A DNA stretch of 64,000 nt from the NCBI GenBank assembly GCA_041946805.1, contig JBHGBC010000001.1, positions 32,001 through 96,000 on the forward strand, written 5' to 3'. The DNA is from a bacterium (GTDB taxonomy: Bacteria; Hinthialibacterota; Hinthialibacteria; Hinthialibacterales; Hinthialibacteraceae). The notes beneath the pieces are model-generated. The model worked only from the letters and a program-made list of their open reading frames with translations, was not told where the DNA came from and made no database searches. Shown in pieces: positions 8,140 to 17,758 of this stretch. The position numbers and the translations under genes were made by a program. How positions within the stretch are numbered: the first letter of the stretch is position 1; each line of letters begins with the position of its first letter.

Positions 8140-10863
8140 TCAGCGGGGCCGGGTGGGCCAGGGCGTGGGGTGGATGTAGAGATGAGAAACGTCGATCACG
8201 CCGAGATCCGTCGCCTGGTCCGCGTTGACTTCCACTTCGGACAATATTTCCTGCCCCATGGCTCCTCCTTCCATCGTATAAAAACAAAACAACTGGTAGC
8301 GCCCCGGGGGGACGTTGTCGATCTGAAAGCGTCCCGATTCCGGTTGGGTGGTGGGATAGACCGCGTCGAAATAGGCCGGGCGGTCCAAATCATTTCCGGT
8401 CAGGCGCAGTTCCTTGATGTTGGAATACAAATGGTAGGGGCGGAGCACGCCGTACACGATGCCCTGGCCTTGGCGGGTCAGGCGGATTTCCAGCGGTTTC
8501 ACGACGCCGGGAGATTCGAAACCGATTTCCTGACGGGCGTTGACGTAACCCTCGGCCTCGATGGTAACCAGGTATTCGCCCGGCAGGGGGGCGGAAAACG
8601 AAAAGACTCCCGGCTGTCCGGCGTCCCAAACGCCTTCACGGAGGGACCAGTTCAAGAAGTTGGTGAATTCGGGGAACCGATAACCAAGCGAGGCCTTGAA
8701 CTCGGTCAGGGGTTGGTTTGTGGCGCCGTCCCGCACCGTGCCGAGAATGCCGCCTTCGGGTTGCAGGGAAATCAGCAGATCGCGGGAACCCGGTTCCACG
8801 GGCACCAGATAGGCGAAGAACGCGCCAGTGGGGAAGATATCCCGCGTGGATCGCAGGGGAAACGGCCATACGTATTGGGAATCGCCATACCAGGCCATGA
8901 TCTGTAAGGTGCTGATAGGATAAACATTTTCGATGACAAACCGGCCTTGGGAGTCCGTTTCGGCGGTCTGGAATTCGGCGCCCATGAGGAGGACCATGGC
9001 GCCGCGGGCGGGATTTCCATCAGGGAGCAGGACCGTGCCGGAAAGCATGTCTCCCTTGTGGAGGATGAAATTCTCGTTAAGGACTGTTTCTCCGGCGATT
9101 TCCACGAAGCGCAGCTGGTATTCATATCCAGGGGCCCGAACGGCCACGGCCACTCCGTTTTGCCCGTTGTATACCTCTTCAGGAATCGTGGCGGGTACGT
9201 GCTCGAGCCGGTAGCGGCCGTCCGGCCCGGAAGTCACGCTGCGCGATTCGGATCGGTCCTTGTACACCTTCATCGTGATCTGGGCCTGGGGGATGGGGTG
9301 GTTCATGGTGTCGGAGATCCGCCCTTGGATCGTGAGTCCCGAGGTCAGGATCAGGTCGATGTTCTCGAGACGGTCGCCTGCGGAAAACTCGAGCCGCCCG
9401 CTGAATCCCGCCGCGTAATCGGAGTGGTGGGCCATGATCCGCCCCTGATCCTTGCCTGATTTGGGGATTTGGCGGAACGGGGCAAGACGAGTGAAGGCGT
9501 AATCGCCTTCCGCGTTGGTGCGCACCGGAGGTTGTGCCTGCCCATGGCCGATCCACTCGACCTCGGCGTTCGCGATGGGCTCTCCTTTCTCGTTCCGGAC
9601 ATGGCCGGAAACCGAACCGAAGGGCTCCAACTCCACGGTCATGTTCTCCAAGCCTTCGATTGGTACCTGAACGGGCAGGGAAGCCGGGGCGAAGAGTGCT
9701 GTGTCACTGGCGGCCGCGCGCAGGATGTACCGGCCGGGAAGCACCGTCTCGAAAACGAACCGTCCTTCCGGGCCGCTCTGGGCGCGGGCGGCCTGCACCT
9801 GGAAGGCTTGACCCAGGCGGAAATCCAGCAGTTCGACGGGGATGCCGGAGATAGGCTCGCGGGTTTGTTGGTTCAATACCACTCCGGAAACGGGGACTGG
9901 CCGGCTTTCAAGGATCAAGGTCACTTCATGGACGGCATGGGTGATCTTCAGTTCGATTTTTCCGGGGGGATAGCCGGTGGCTTCGGCCACAAGCGTGGCC
10001 GGCTGGGGCGGAATATCCGTGAAATAGAAACGCCCATTGGGCGACACCGGCGCGCGATACAAGATCATCCCCCGCTCTCCCCGGCTGGTCAGCGAGACCG
10101 CCGCGCCGGGCAGGGGATGGCTCCAGATGTCGAGCACGGCGCCTTCGATCCGGGCGAGCCGGGTCAGGACGATGGCTTCCTCACGGTCGCCGTCCAGGAG
10201 AAGGCTTTTTTCGGAAACCAAGTAATTATCCGCCGAGACCGTGAGGCGGTAATGGCCCGCCGGCAGTCCTTCGAAGAGGAACGATCCATCGGCGCCGGAT
10301 TGGGCGTTCCAATGTTGTCCCGGCGTGGCCAGGGTGATTGCGGCGCCCGCGACCGCGGATTCGGAGGACGACAATACCCGGCCGGAAAGCAAATACACGG
10401 GCGGACGCAGGATCAGCGCCACCGATTGCTCCCGGGGAGACGAAGCGGTGATTTGGACCGTGGCCTCGCTGGGGCTGTAGCCGGCGGCGGCGGCGGAGAC
10501 ACGGAATTCGCCCGGCATGAGGATCATCAAGCCGCATCGGCCCTGGGTGTCGCTGACGGCCGTGTGAAAATACGGCCGCTCGGAGGTGGAGGACAAGGTC
10601 ACCCGCGCGCCGGATACCGGTTGTCCCTCCGAATCCGTGATGAGACAGTTCACGGAGTAGGCGGTGCTGGGGAACAAGTTCGAGGGCGTTGAGGAAACCG
10701 GCGTGGCGCGTGGGAGCAAGGGAAGGACCGGCGTGAGCGCCTTGGCGAGTCCCGGCGTGGCGGTATCCGGTCCTGAATCCGGCATCCACAGGGCGGTTAA
10801 GATCAAAGCGCCCAGACTAAGGATAAACAGTAACGCGAGCAATACCGGCAGAAAATTTTTCAT
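8140..10863 (-). CDS. Membrane-anchored protein with multiple carboxypeptidase-regulatory-like beta-sandwich repeats
   Basis: N-terminal TM helix from MKNFLPV; roughly 8 repeats of G.V.D..G.P..GA.V / (T/S)D..G.F / G.Y.L...A.GY. Confidence 0.8.
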   Translation of the reverse strand: MKNFLPVLLALLFILSLGALILTALWMPDSGPDTATPGLAKALTPVLPLLPRATPVSSTPSNLFPSTAYSVNCLITDSEGQPVSGARVTLSSTSERPYFHTAVSDTQGRCGLMILMPGEFRVSAAAAGYSPSEATVQITASSPREQSVALILRPPVYLLSGRVLSSSESAVAGAAITLATPGQHWNAQSGADGSFLFEGLPAGHYRLTVSADNYLVSEKSLLLDGDREEAIVLTRLARIEGAVLDIWSHPLPGAAVSLTSRGERGMILYRAPVSPNGRFYFTDIPPQPATLVAEATGYPPGKIELKITHAVHEVTLILESRPVPVSGVVLNQQTREPISGIPVELLDFRLGQAFQVQAARAQSGPEGRFVFETVLPGRYILRAAASDTALFAPASLPVQVPIEGLENMTVELEPFGSVSGHVRNEKGEPIANAEVEWIGHGQAQPPVRTNAEGDYAFTRLAPFRQIPKSGKDQGRIMAHHSDYAAGFSGRLEFSAGDRLENIDLILTSGLTIQGRISDTMNHPIPQAQITMKVYKDRSESRSVTSGPDGRYRLEHVPATIPEEVYNGQNGVAVAVRAPGYEYQLRFVEIAGETVLNENFILHKGDMLSGTVLLPDGNPARGAMVLLMGAEFQTAETDSQGRFVIENVYPISTLQIMAWYGDSQYVWPFPLRSTRDIFPTGAFFAYLVPVEPGSRDLLISLQPEGGILGTVRDGATNQPLTEFKASLGYRFPEFTNFLNWSLREGVWDAGQPGVFSFSAPLPGEYLVTIEAEGYVNARQEIGFESPGVVKPLEIRLTRQGQGIVYGVLRPYHLYSNIKELRLTGNDLDRPAYFDAVYPTTQPESGRFQIDNVPPGRYQLFCFYTMEGGAMGQEILSEVEVNADQATDLGVIDVSHLYIHPTPWPTRPR

Positions 10864-11255
10864 CGGTTTGAATCCTGCAATCGATCCCTCAAGACGGACG
10901 GGCAAGGATGGATCGGAAAATCCGCGGCCGTATCCATGCGGCAGGCCGGGTGGTTGCAATGAGAAGTTGTCGCATGGAAACAGGATTCAATCAAGATGGA
11001 TCGAGGAGGGAGGGACCGCGGAGAAGATGCTGGGGTCACCTTAAAAGGCCGTGGACCGAAGGGACTCAAAGGACCAAAAGGGTCTGATGGTTATGTAAAT
11101 CCGCCCTATCCCACGCTTCCCTGGCCGGATCTTCTGAAATCCCGCCCCGTTCCTCTTTATGAATGACCTATCCTGATGGATGATGAAACCGGAAACGGAG
11201 CGGGATTTTGTTTCGGAACCATTCAGGGAATTAGGAGCTTGCGGGAGCGGCCATC

Positions 11256-11756
11256 ATGGAACTCTATCTCATTCGGCACGCGATCGCCGTGGACCGGACA
11301 GATCCCGCCGTGCAGACGGACGCGGAACGCTGGCTCACGGAGGAAGGCATTCAAAAGATGGAACGGGCGGCGAAAGGGATGAAGATCGTGGTCCCTTATC
11401 TCGATCGCATTTTCACCAGCCCCTATGTCCGGGCGCGCCAAACCGCCGAAATCATCGCCCGTCAGTATGGCGAAGAGAACCTCATTACTGAAATTCCCGA
11501 GTTGGAGCCCGGGGCCGATTTCCGGGGCCTCGCGCCGCTCCTGAACAAGCAGGCCGCGGACGCCCGGATCGCCCTGGTGGGGCATGAGCCGGACTTGAGC
11601 GAGTGGATTTCGTTGCTGGTGACCGGAACACCGGACGCGGAAATCCAGATGAAGAAAGGGGCGGTGTGCCGGGTGGATTTGAACGGCAAACCAGTCCGGG
11701 GCGCGGGCGTGTTGGTGTGGCTGCTGCAGCCGGCGCAATTGCGGCGGTTGGAGTAA
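11256..11756 (+). CDS. sixA: Phosphohistidine phosphatase SixA
   Basis: YLIRHA, TSPYVRARQTA, LVGHEP, MKKG. Confidence 0.88.
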   Translation: MELYLIRHAIAVDRTDPAVQTDAERWLTEEGIQKMERAAKGMKIVVPYLDRIFTSPYVRARQTAEIIARQYGEENLITEIPELEPGADFRGLAPLLNKQAADARIALVGHEPDLSEWISLLVTGTPDAEIQMKKGAVCRVDLNGKPVRGAGVLVWLLQPAQLRRLE

Positions 11757-11786
11757 AGAACAGCCCGGCCGGATGCCTGAATCTCC

Positions 11787-12893
11787 ATGATGTTGTCCTC
11801 CCTTCTCGCGCGCAATTTTCGAGTGTTCCAAGAAATCAACCTGACGTTCGAACCTGGGATGCAGTTGTTTCTCGGCCGCAACGCTCAGGGAAAAACCAGC
11901 CTGATCGAAGCGGTCCTGTTTCTGGCCACCTCGCTTTCCCACCGCACCCGCCGCGAGGACGAATTGATCCGCTGGGGCGAAACGGCGGCCTTCCTCCGGG
12001 GGATCACGGAAGGGCCGGCGGGGGAGCGCGTGATCGAATGCGGGCTGGAGAAGAAACGTAAAGCCCTCAAGATCGACGGCAAGCCGCTGCCCCGTGTGGG
12101 CGACCTCTACGGCTGCCTGCGGACGGTGCTGTTCGCGCCCGAAGACCTGGCCATCGTGGGGGGCGGCCCGCTGGAGCGGCGGCGGTTTCTCGACATGGCC
12201 ATCGCCCAGCTGGATCCCGGCTATATCCCGCTGCTGCAGAACTACCGGCGGGCGCTGCGGCACCGCAATCACTTGTTGAAGCGGCTGCAAACGGCGCGGG
12301 GCGGGCCGGGCTGGCGGGAACTGGAAACCTGGGACCAGCCCTTTGTGGAGTATGCCGTCCAGGTGGTCCGCCGGCGCGTCGAAACGCTGGAACGCTTGGG
12401 CCCCCTGGTGAAGCATTATTACAGCGGATTGGCGGACGACGGCCCGCTGGAGATTACCTACTCCCCACGCCTGGAACCGGATCCGGAAGCGATCCGGACC
12501 TATCTACAAGAGCGCATGATCCGCGGCCGTCCGGCCGAAATCGAACGTGGCAGCACGCTGTCCGGGCCGCACCGCGACGACCTGCTCCTGGAACTGGCGG
12601 GGAAAAACCTGGGTTGGTACGGATCGCAGGGCCAACGGCGGGCGGCGGCCCTGGCGCTACGGCTGGGTGAAGCGCGCCTGAGTTTCGAGGGAACGGACGA
12701 ATGGCCGCTGCTTTTGATTGACGATGTGGTATACGAAATGGATAATACGCGGCGGACCCGGTTTTGGGACCGCATGGAAACGGCCGGCCAGCTGCTGGTT
12801 ACGGCCACGGAACGCGAACATCTGGGGGCGGGAGTGAAACCGGCCCGTATTTTCAGGGTGGAGCATGGATCAATATATCCTGATGGAGCGTGA
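11787..12893 (+). CDS. recF: DNA replication/repair protein RecF
   Basis: RNFR, GRNAQGKTS, FAPEDL, RRRFLD, GPHRDD, GSQGQ, LLIDDV. Confidence 0.95.
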   Translation: MMLSSLLARNFRVFQEINLTFEPGMQLFLGRNAQGKTSLIEAVLFLATSLSHRTRREDELIRWGETAAFLRGITEGPAGERVIECGLEKKRKALKIDGKPLPRVGDLYGCLRTVLFAPEDLAIVGGGPLERRRFLDMAIAQLDPGYIPLLQNYRRALRHRNHLLKRLQTARGGPGWRELETWDQPFVEYAVQVVRRRVETLERLGPLVKHYYSGLADDGPLEITYSPRLEPDPEAIRTYLQERMIRGRPAEIERGSTLSGPHRDDLLLELAGKNLGWYGSQGQRRAAALALRLGEARLSFEGTDEWPLLLIDDVVYEMDNTRRTRFWDRMETAGQLLVTATEREHLGAGVKPARIFRVEHGSIYPDGA

Positions 12894-13419
12894 CGGTGTT
12901 GTCAGTGTGCTGTGGGATGAGGGCGTGACCGCGCCCGAGCGGATGGTGTTGCTGCCCTTCGCGCAGGAGGTGATTTTCAACCTGAATCAGCAAGGCGTGC
13001 AGGTCATCGTGCTCAGCGATCAGAGCGATTGGATTCCCGGGAAGATGGAGCTGGCCGCGCTGGAGCCCATTCACGCGAAGATGCGGAGTTTGATCGAGGA
13101 ATTCGGAGGGCGGGTGGCCGACATTCTGGTCTGCCCGAACGCGGAACTGAGCGTCAAGGAATGCCGGTTTCCCCAGACGGGCCTGTTCCATCTGGCGGCC
13201 CGGAAATACGGGATCAAACTCGCGGAAACGTACTTTATCGCCGGACGCCTGGAAAGCCTGCAAGCAGCCTGGGCGGCGGGTTGCCGCACCGTCCTGGTGC
13301 GCACGGGGAAAGCCTTCGAGACGTTACAGGCCCTCCGGGATTCGGCCAAGCAACCGGAAGCCGTGGTCCCCGATCTGCTCAGCGCCTACACGAGGATATT
13401 CGCCGCCAATATCCCGTAA
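12865..13419 (+). CDS. GmhB/HisB-N (HAD-IIIA) fold protein with degenerate catalytic motifs
   Basis: MERDGVV, LSDQS, CPN..ECRFP, AAGCRTVLVRTGK match the GmhB layout. Confidence 0.75.
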   Translation: MDQYILMERDGVVSVLWDEGVTAPERMVLLPFAQEVIFNLNQQGVQVIVLSDQSDWIPGKMELAALEPIHAKMRSLIEEFGGRVADILVCPNAELSVKECRFPQTGLFHLAARKYGIKLAETYFIAGRLESLQAAWAAGCRTVLVRTGKAFETLQALRDSAKQPEAVVPDLLSAYTRIFAANIP

Positions 13420-13424
13420 TGTTT

Positions 13425-13536
13425 TTTGAGCGCCAACGGCGCGGCCTGAGCATAGCCCGGCGCGTAAGCCCTGAGATGGTTGCGTGAAAAGTAAACAATC
13501 CCCTTTCCCTCCGGGAGAAGGCCTGGGTGAGGGAAA
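13425..13536 (+). repeat. Composite repeat of about 110 bp, copy 2
   Basis: Colinear with 2486-2595. Confidence 0.8.
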
Positions 13537-13716
13537 GCCTTTTCGCTTTGTTTTACTTCTACCGGTTGCGTATATCCTTTCGCTTATCGGTAAAATAAGT
13601 CCCTTCAGGGGACGGCTTTATGGCAGCCCAGGGGATCAACCCGGGGCCAATTGCCTCGTGTGTACGAGCTCGTGTGTACGCGCTTCCCGGATGAATCCCA
13701 AAAGTCTTACAAGGAC

Positions 13717-13745
13717 GTCATTCCCGCGCAAGCGGAGATCCCAGG
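13717..13745 (+). repeat. GTCATYCCCGCG..AGCGG.GATCC palindromic repeat family
   Basis: Copies also at 49719-49746 and 55749-55774. Confidence 0.75.
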
Positions 13746-14015
13746 GTGTTTTGTCCGATATTTCCACGAATAAAACCGTGGTCTCTTATTGTGCCGCCCT
13801 CTGAGGCGGACGAGCTGACTTGCCCAGGACGACTTTCGCCCTTCCGGGGCGGAGCACCATCAGCCCCGGATTGCAATCCGGGGAATTCCCGCGTCCCATG
13901 ACAACCCATCATGAAAACGACCTCCTTACCGCGAATCGATTGGCGTTCTCCCGAATCATGGGGCAGGTTCGTGAGGCTCAATCCTCCCCACCGGCTTTCG
14001 GGAAGGGTTGACCGG

Positions 14016-16607
14016 TCATGGGCGTCCTAACGGCGCGGCGGATTGATCCGGATCCAAATCGATTTGCACGTTTTCGACATGAATGAGATTTTTGAGCCGG
14101 TTTTCCTCGGCTTTTTTCTTTTCGGGATCGTTGGCCTTGTCGTACAGCAGCATGAGATGCGCGGAGACGGTGGGATCCTCGGGAAACTGGTCGCGGAGGC
14201 GTTCGGCGAGTTGGAGGGCTTGGGCCAGCTCGTTGGATTGGTAATAAATCAAACCCTGGCTCAATAAAAAGCGGGTATTGTCCGGCGACCGTTTGAGGGC
14301 TTCATCGAGGCAGGCCTGGGCCCGGGCGATGTTTTTCCGCCGGGATTCCATGACCGCGGAGAGAAACCAGTAGTGGGCGCTCTCCTGGCAGGAAGGGCGG
14401 AGAGCGTCCAGATATTCCTTCGCGGCGCCGGGGGTCTGGTTGCGGATGACCCAGCGGGCGAAGGCCAGTTTGTGAGGCAGGGCGCCCGCGCCGGTCTCCT
14501 GCAGGATGGATTGTTTCCGCTGGGTGAAGAGACGGGCGTCGTAATCGGGTTTGGATTGGATGTTGAAAGCCTGTTCGTTGATTTGGATGAATTCGGCGCC
14601 TCGTTCCATGGCCTTTTTCGTGGCGGGGGAGAGGACGGGATTCAAGGTTTTGGGATACACCGCGAAACAGATGCCCTCCAGCAGTTCCGGTTCGGTGTAC
14701 AGCGCCGGCTCGGAGGGAGTCACGCCCTCCGCGTAGAACACCCCCCGGTCCGGGGCGGCGCCGGCGATCAGGGTGAGGGTGTTCACGCGCTGGCTGTTGA
14801 ACATTTCACCCTGGCAGAAGATCACGGGGACATCCTGCCGGAGGAACTCGAGCACCGCGTCCGCCGTGCCCACGAACGGTTCGAGCCGGTAGCGGGTTCC
14901 GATGCGCACCACTTTCAGGAATTCATGGAAAAACAGGCCGCGGCGGGGCGAGGTTCCCAGCCAGCTGTTGAGCGTGGCGAACGCGATGGCGTCGCCCCAG
15001 TGGCCGCGGATCTCGGCCAGGAGGAACGGCGCGCTGTATTGATCGTACCGGGACATGAGGGAGGACACGTTCACCGGCCGCAACTCCTTGGCGGCGTCCG
15101 CGGCGGGAGTTTGCGGAATCCGGCGCGCCACCGTCCCCGGATAGGAATCGGGGAACGACTTCGCCAGTTCGGCCGCATACGCCCGGGCGGATTGCGCGTC
15201 TCCCGCGCGGAAAGAGAGATCGGTGAGGAGCGCCAGCACCTGGCAGGGGCGGAATGCGGGATCGGCTTTTTGGACCTCGCGCAGAGCCTGAACGGCTTCC
15301 CGGTACAACCGGTTCCGGCGCAAGATGGCCGCGAGAACGAATTTCTCGTAGGCTTCCGGACCTTTCCCGCCGTTGCGGGTGGTGAGCGCCGCAGTGGCGT
15401 TGGCCACATCGTTATGGAGCAAGTAGAGATAGACCTTGGTCAGCGAGTCGATCCCCTTGAGGCCCTCGATTTCGCGCCGCCGTTTTTGGCGGTAGGCGTC
15501 GAGGGTCTTCTTGAGTTCATCGCCGATGAGCGCGGCGGAACCGCGGGAGCCGTCCAGCCGCCGGGCCTTTTGCTCCAACTGGTTGGCTTCCTCCTGTTTG
15601 CCTTGCTTGGCGCGGACGAGGGAGAAAATGTCGTAAAAATCCCGGGTGGGTTCCACCTGGGGGGCGTACTGTTCCAGAATCCGGGCCGCCCATGCGAATT
15701 CATTGAGAATCAAGGCCCATTTGACGCTTTCGGTGATCAAGTAGGGATCGGCGTACAACAGGGGTTCCAGGCGGGCCAGGTATTGCCGGGCCCCGTCGTA
15801 TTGTTTTTTTTCCAGGCTATGGAAAATCAGCATGTTGAGCGCCTGGGGGTCCTGAGGATTCGTGTGTAGAAGGCCGTTGATGAGGGTTTGCGCTTCGTCG
15901 AGATTGCCGTTGACGATCAGGATCTTGGCCCGGTCCAACGCCAGCCAGCGCTCGAGAAGGGGCGATCCCATCTGGCCCGCGGCTTGTTCGAAGAACCGTT
16001 CGGCCTCGATGAAACGGGTTTCACGGGCCGCCACGATGCCCAGGAAATAGAAGGCGTAAGGGCTGATTTTTTGCCGCGACAAGTCGTTGTAAAAGACCTT
16101 GTACGCGGTAAGCATGTGGTCCGCCTTGAGGGCGAGGACCATGTAGGCCGGGTGGGGCGGTTCCTGGCCCTCTCCCTTCTGGATTTGGCGGATGATCGCC
16201 TGGGCCGTCTCCCGCCGCTTCCCCTGGTTGATGGCGTTGACAAAATCGGTGAACGGCGGTCCCTGGAGGGCCGGATCCGCGCCGCCCGGAGCCGGCTCCA
16301 GCTTGGTGTAGATCGAGGAATAAAAATCCAGGCAAAAGCGGTGGGCGTTGCGGGACGGTTTCATGAGTTCGAAAAACTGGGTGAGAAACGAAGCGGTTTT
16401 CACACGTTTGTCGAATTCCACGGCGGGGGAAAGAGCCAGATTCCGCAGTTCGGTGATGTCTTCCAGCGTCAGCGGGATTTCCCGGGTTTTCCCGGGCGCG
16501 TCCTTGGCTGCCGCGCTGGTCACCAACACGGCTCCCAGGAGAAGCCATCCCAGGAAGTGCAATCCCCGGAGTGGAAAGAACGGCGGGCGAAGCGGCGCTG
16601 GTATCAT
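14016..16607 (-). CDS. Exported TPR-rich protein with possible C39-peptidase-like domain
   Basis: Signal peptide ending SAAA; many TPR-like repeats; central YSAPFLLAEIRGHWG..QDVPVIF segment. Confidence 0.65.
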   Translation of the reverse strand: MIPAPLRPPFFPLRGLHFLGWLLLGAVLVTSAAAKDAPGKTREIPLTLEDITELRNLALSPAVEFDKRVKTASFLTQFFELMKPSRNAHRFCLDFYSSIYTKLEPAPGGADPALQGPPFTDFVNAINQGKRRETAQAIIRQIQKGEGQEPPHPAYMVLALKADHMLTAYKVFYNDLSRQKISPYAFYFLGIVAARETRFIEAERFFEQAAGQMGSPLLERWLALDRAKILIVNGNLDEAQTLINGLLHTNPQDPQALNMLIFHSLEKKQYDGARQYLARLEPLLYADPYLITESVKWALILNEFAWAARILEQYAPQVEPTRDFYDIFSLVRAKQGKQEEANQLEQKARRLDGSRGSAALIGDELKKTLDAYRQKRRREIEGLKGIDSLTKVYLYLLHNDVANATAALTTRNGGKGPEAYEKFVLAAILRRNRLYREAVQALREVQKADPAFRPCQVLALLTDLSFRAGDAQSARAYAAELAKSFPDSYPGTVARRIPQTPAADAAKELRPVNVSSLMSRYDQYSAPFLLAEIRGHWGDAIAFATLNSWLGTSPRRGLFFHEFLKVVRIGTRYRLEPFVGTADAVLEFLRQDVPVIFCQGEMFNSQRVNTLTLIAGAAPDRGVFYAEGVTPSEPALYTEPELLEGICFAVYPKTLNPVLSPATKKAMERGAEFIQINEQAFNIQSKPDYDARLFTQRKQSILQETGAGALPHKLAFARWVIRNQTPGAAKEYLDALRPSCQESAHYWFLSAVMESRRKNIARAQACLDEALKRSPDNTRFLLSQGLIYYQSNELAQALQLAERLRDQFPEDPTVSAHLMLLYDKANDPEKKKAEENRLKNLIHVENVQIDLDPDQSAAPLGRP

Positions 16608-16661
16608 GAAAATCCGTCCGGAACGAGCCGGAAAAAGCGCGTCGGGAAATCCGGGATCCGG

Positions 16662-17579
16662 TCAAACCACGGGCAGGCCCAGACCGGCCAGGACCGCTTT
16701 CAGTTTGTCTTCGTTGGCGCGGGCCATGGGCACCAGGGGGGGACGCAAGTCCCCGCAATAGGGCAGGCGGGTTTCGGGCGAGCGGCTCAGCCAATTGACC
16801 GCGGTTTTCACGGGAATGGGATTGGTTTCGATAAACAAGACCTTGTTGAGCTCGGAGAGGTGGCGGTGCAGCCGCAGCGCTTCCTTCGTGTCGCCCTGGA
16901 GATAGGCGTGGACCATGGCGCGCACCGTCTGGGGCGCGACGTTGGCCGAGACGGAAATGACGCCCCGGCCGCCCACCGCCAAGATGGGCAGGGTCAGGCC
17001 GTCGTCCCCCGACCAGACATAAAAGTCCGGGGGGGTCAGGCGGGCGATTTCGGAGATTTGCGTCAGGTTGCCGCTGGCTTCCTTGATGCCGATGATGTTG
17101 TTCTCCTGCGCCAGTTCCACCACGGTCTCGACGTTGATGTTGACGCCGGTCCGGCTTTGGATGTTGTAGGGGACTTGGGGGATATCCACTTCGCGGGCGA
17201 GAGTCTGGAAGTGGTACAACAGTCCCGCCTGCGTGGGCTTGTTGTAATAGGGCGAAATCAGGAGGGCCGCATCGGCCCCGTAATGCTTGGCGGCCTGGGT
17301 CAATTCCAAGGCTTCCCGGGTGCTGTTGCTGCCGGTGCCGGCCATCAGCAGGGGATAGCGCCGGTTCCCGCGGACGGACCGGATGTACTCGGCGGAGTAT
17401 TTGATGATCTGTTTGTGTTCCTCGTGGGTGAGGGTGGCGGATTCGCCGGTGGTTCCGCACACCAGGATGCATTCCGTTTCGGCGGCCACGTGGAAATCGA
17501 GGAGTTTTTCCAGGGCGGAGAAATCGACGGCGCCGTCCTTGAACGGGGTTATCAGGGCAACAGCGGATCCTTCGAACAT
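16662..17579 (-). CDS. dapA: 4-hydroxy-tetrahydrodipicolinate synthase
   Basis: ALITPF, GTTGES, PYYNKP, YNI..RTG, GIKEASG, ETNPIPVK; AAGGA RBS before ATG 17579. Confidence 0.96.
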   Translation of the reverse strand: MFEGSAVALITPFKDGAVDFSALEKLLDFHVAAETECILVCGTTGESATLTHEEHKQIIKYSAEYIRSVRGNRRYPLLMAGTGSNSTREALELTQAAKHYGADAALLISPYYNKPTQAGLLYHFQTLAREVDIPQVPYNIQSRTGVNINVETVVELAQENNIIGIKEASGNLTQISEIARLTPPDFYVWSGDDGLTLPILAVGGRGVISVSANVAPQTVRAMVHAYLQGDTKEALRLHRHLSELNKVLFIETNPIPVKTAVNWLSRSPETRLPYCGDLRPPLVPMARANEDKLKAVLAGLGLPVV

Positions 17580-17758
17580 CGGGTGGGTCCTTTCTTGGGC
17601 CGGAATCAACCTGCCTTCCTCGGGCAGGTTCATACTAAAAATCCCAACCGCCTCTGTCAACCAATCCGGGATTGAAGTAAACTGAAACGGTCAACAAAAT
17701 GCGCCACGCCACGTACGCGGCCCGCGTGCAATCCAAATCCCAGGTTCAGTCCTCAAGC

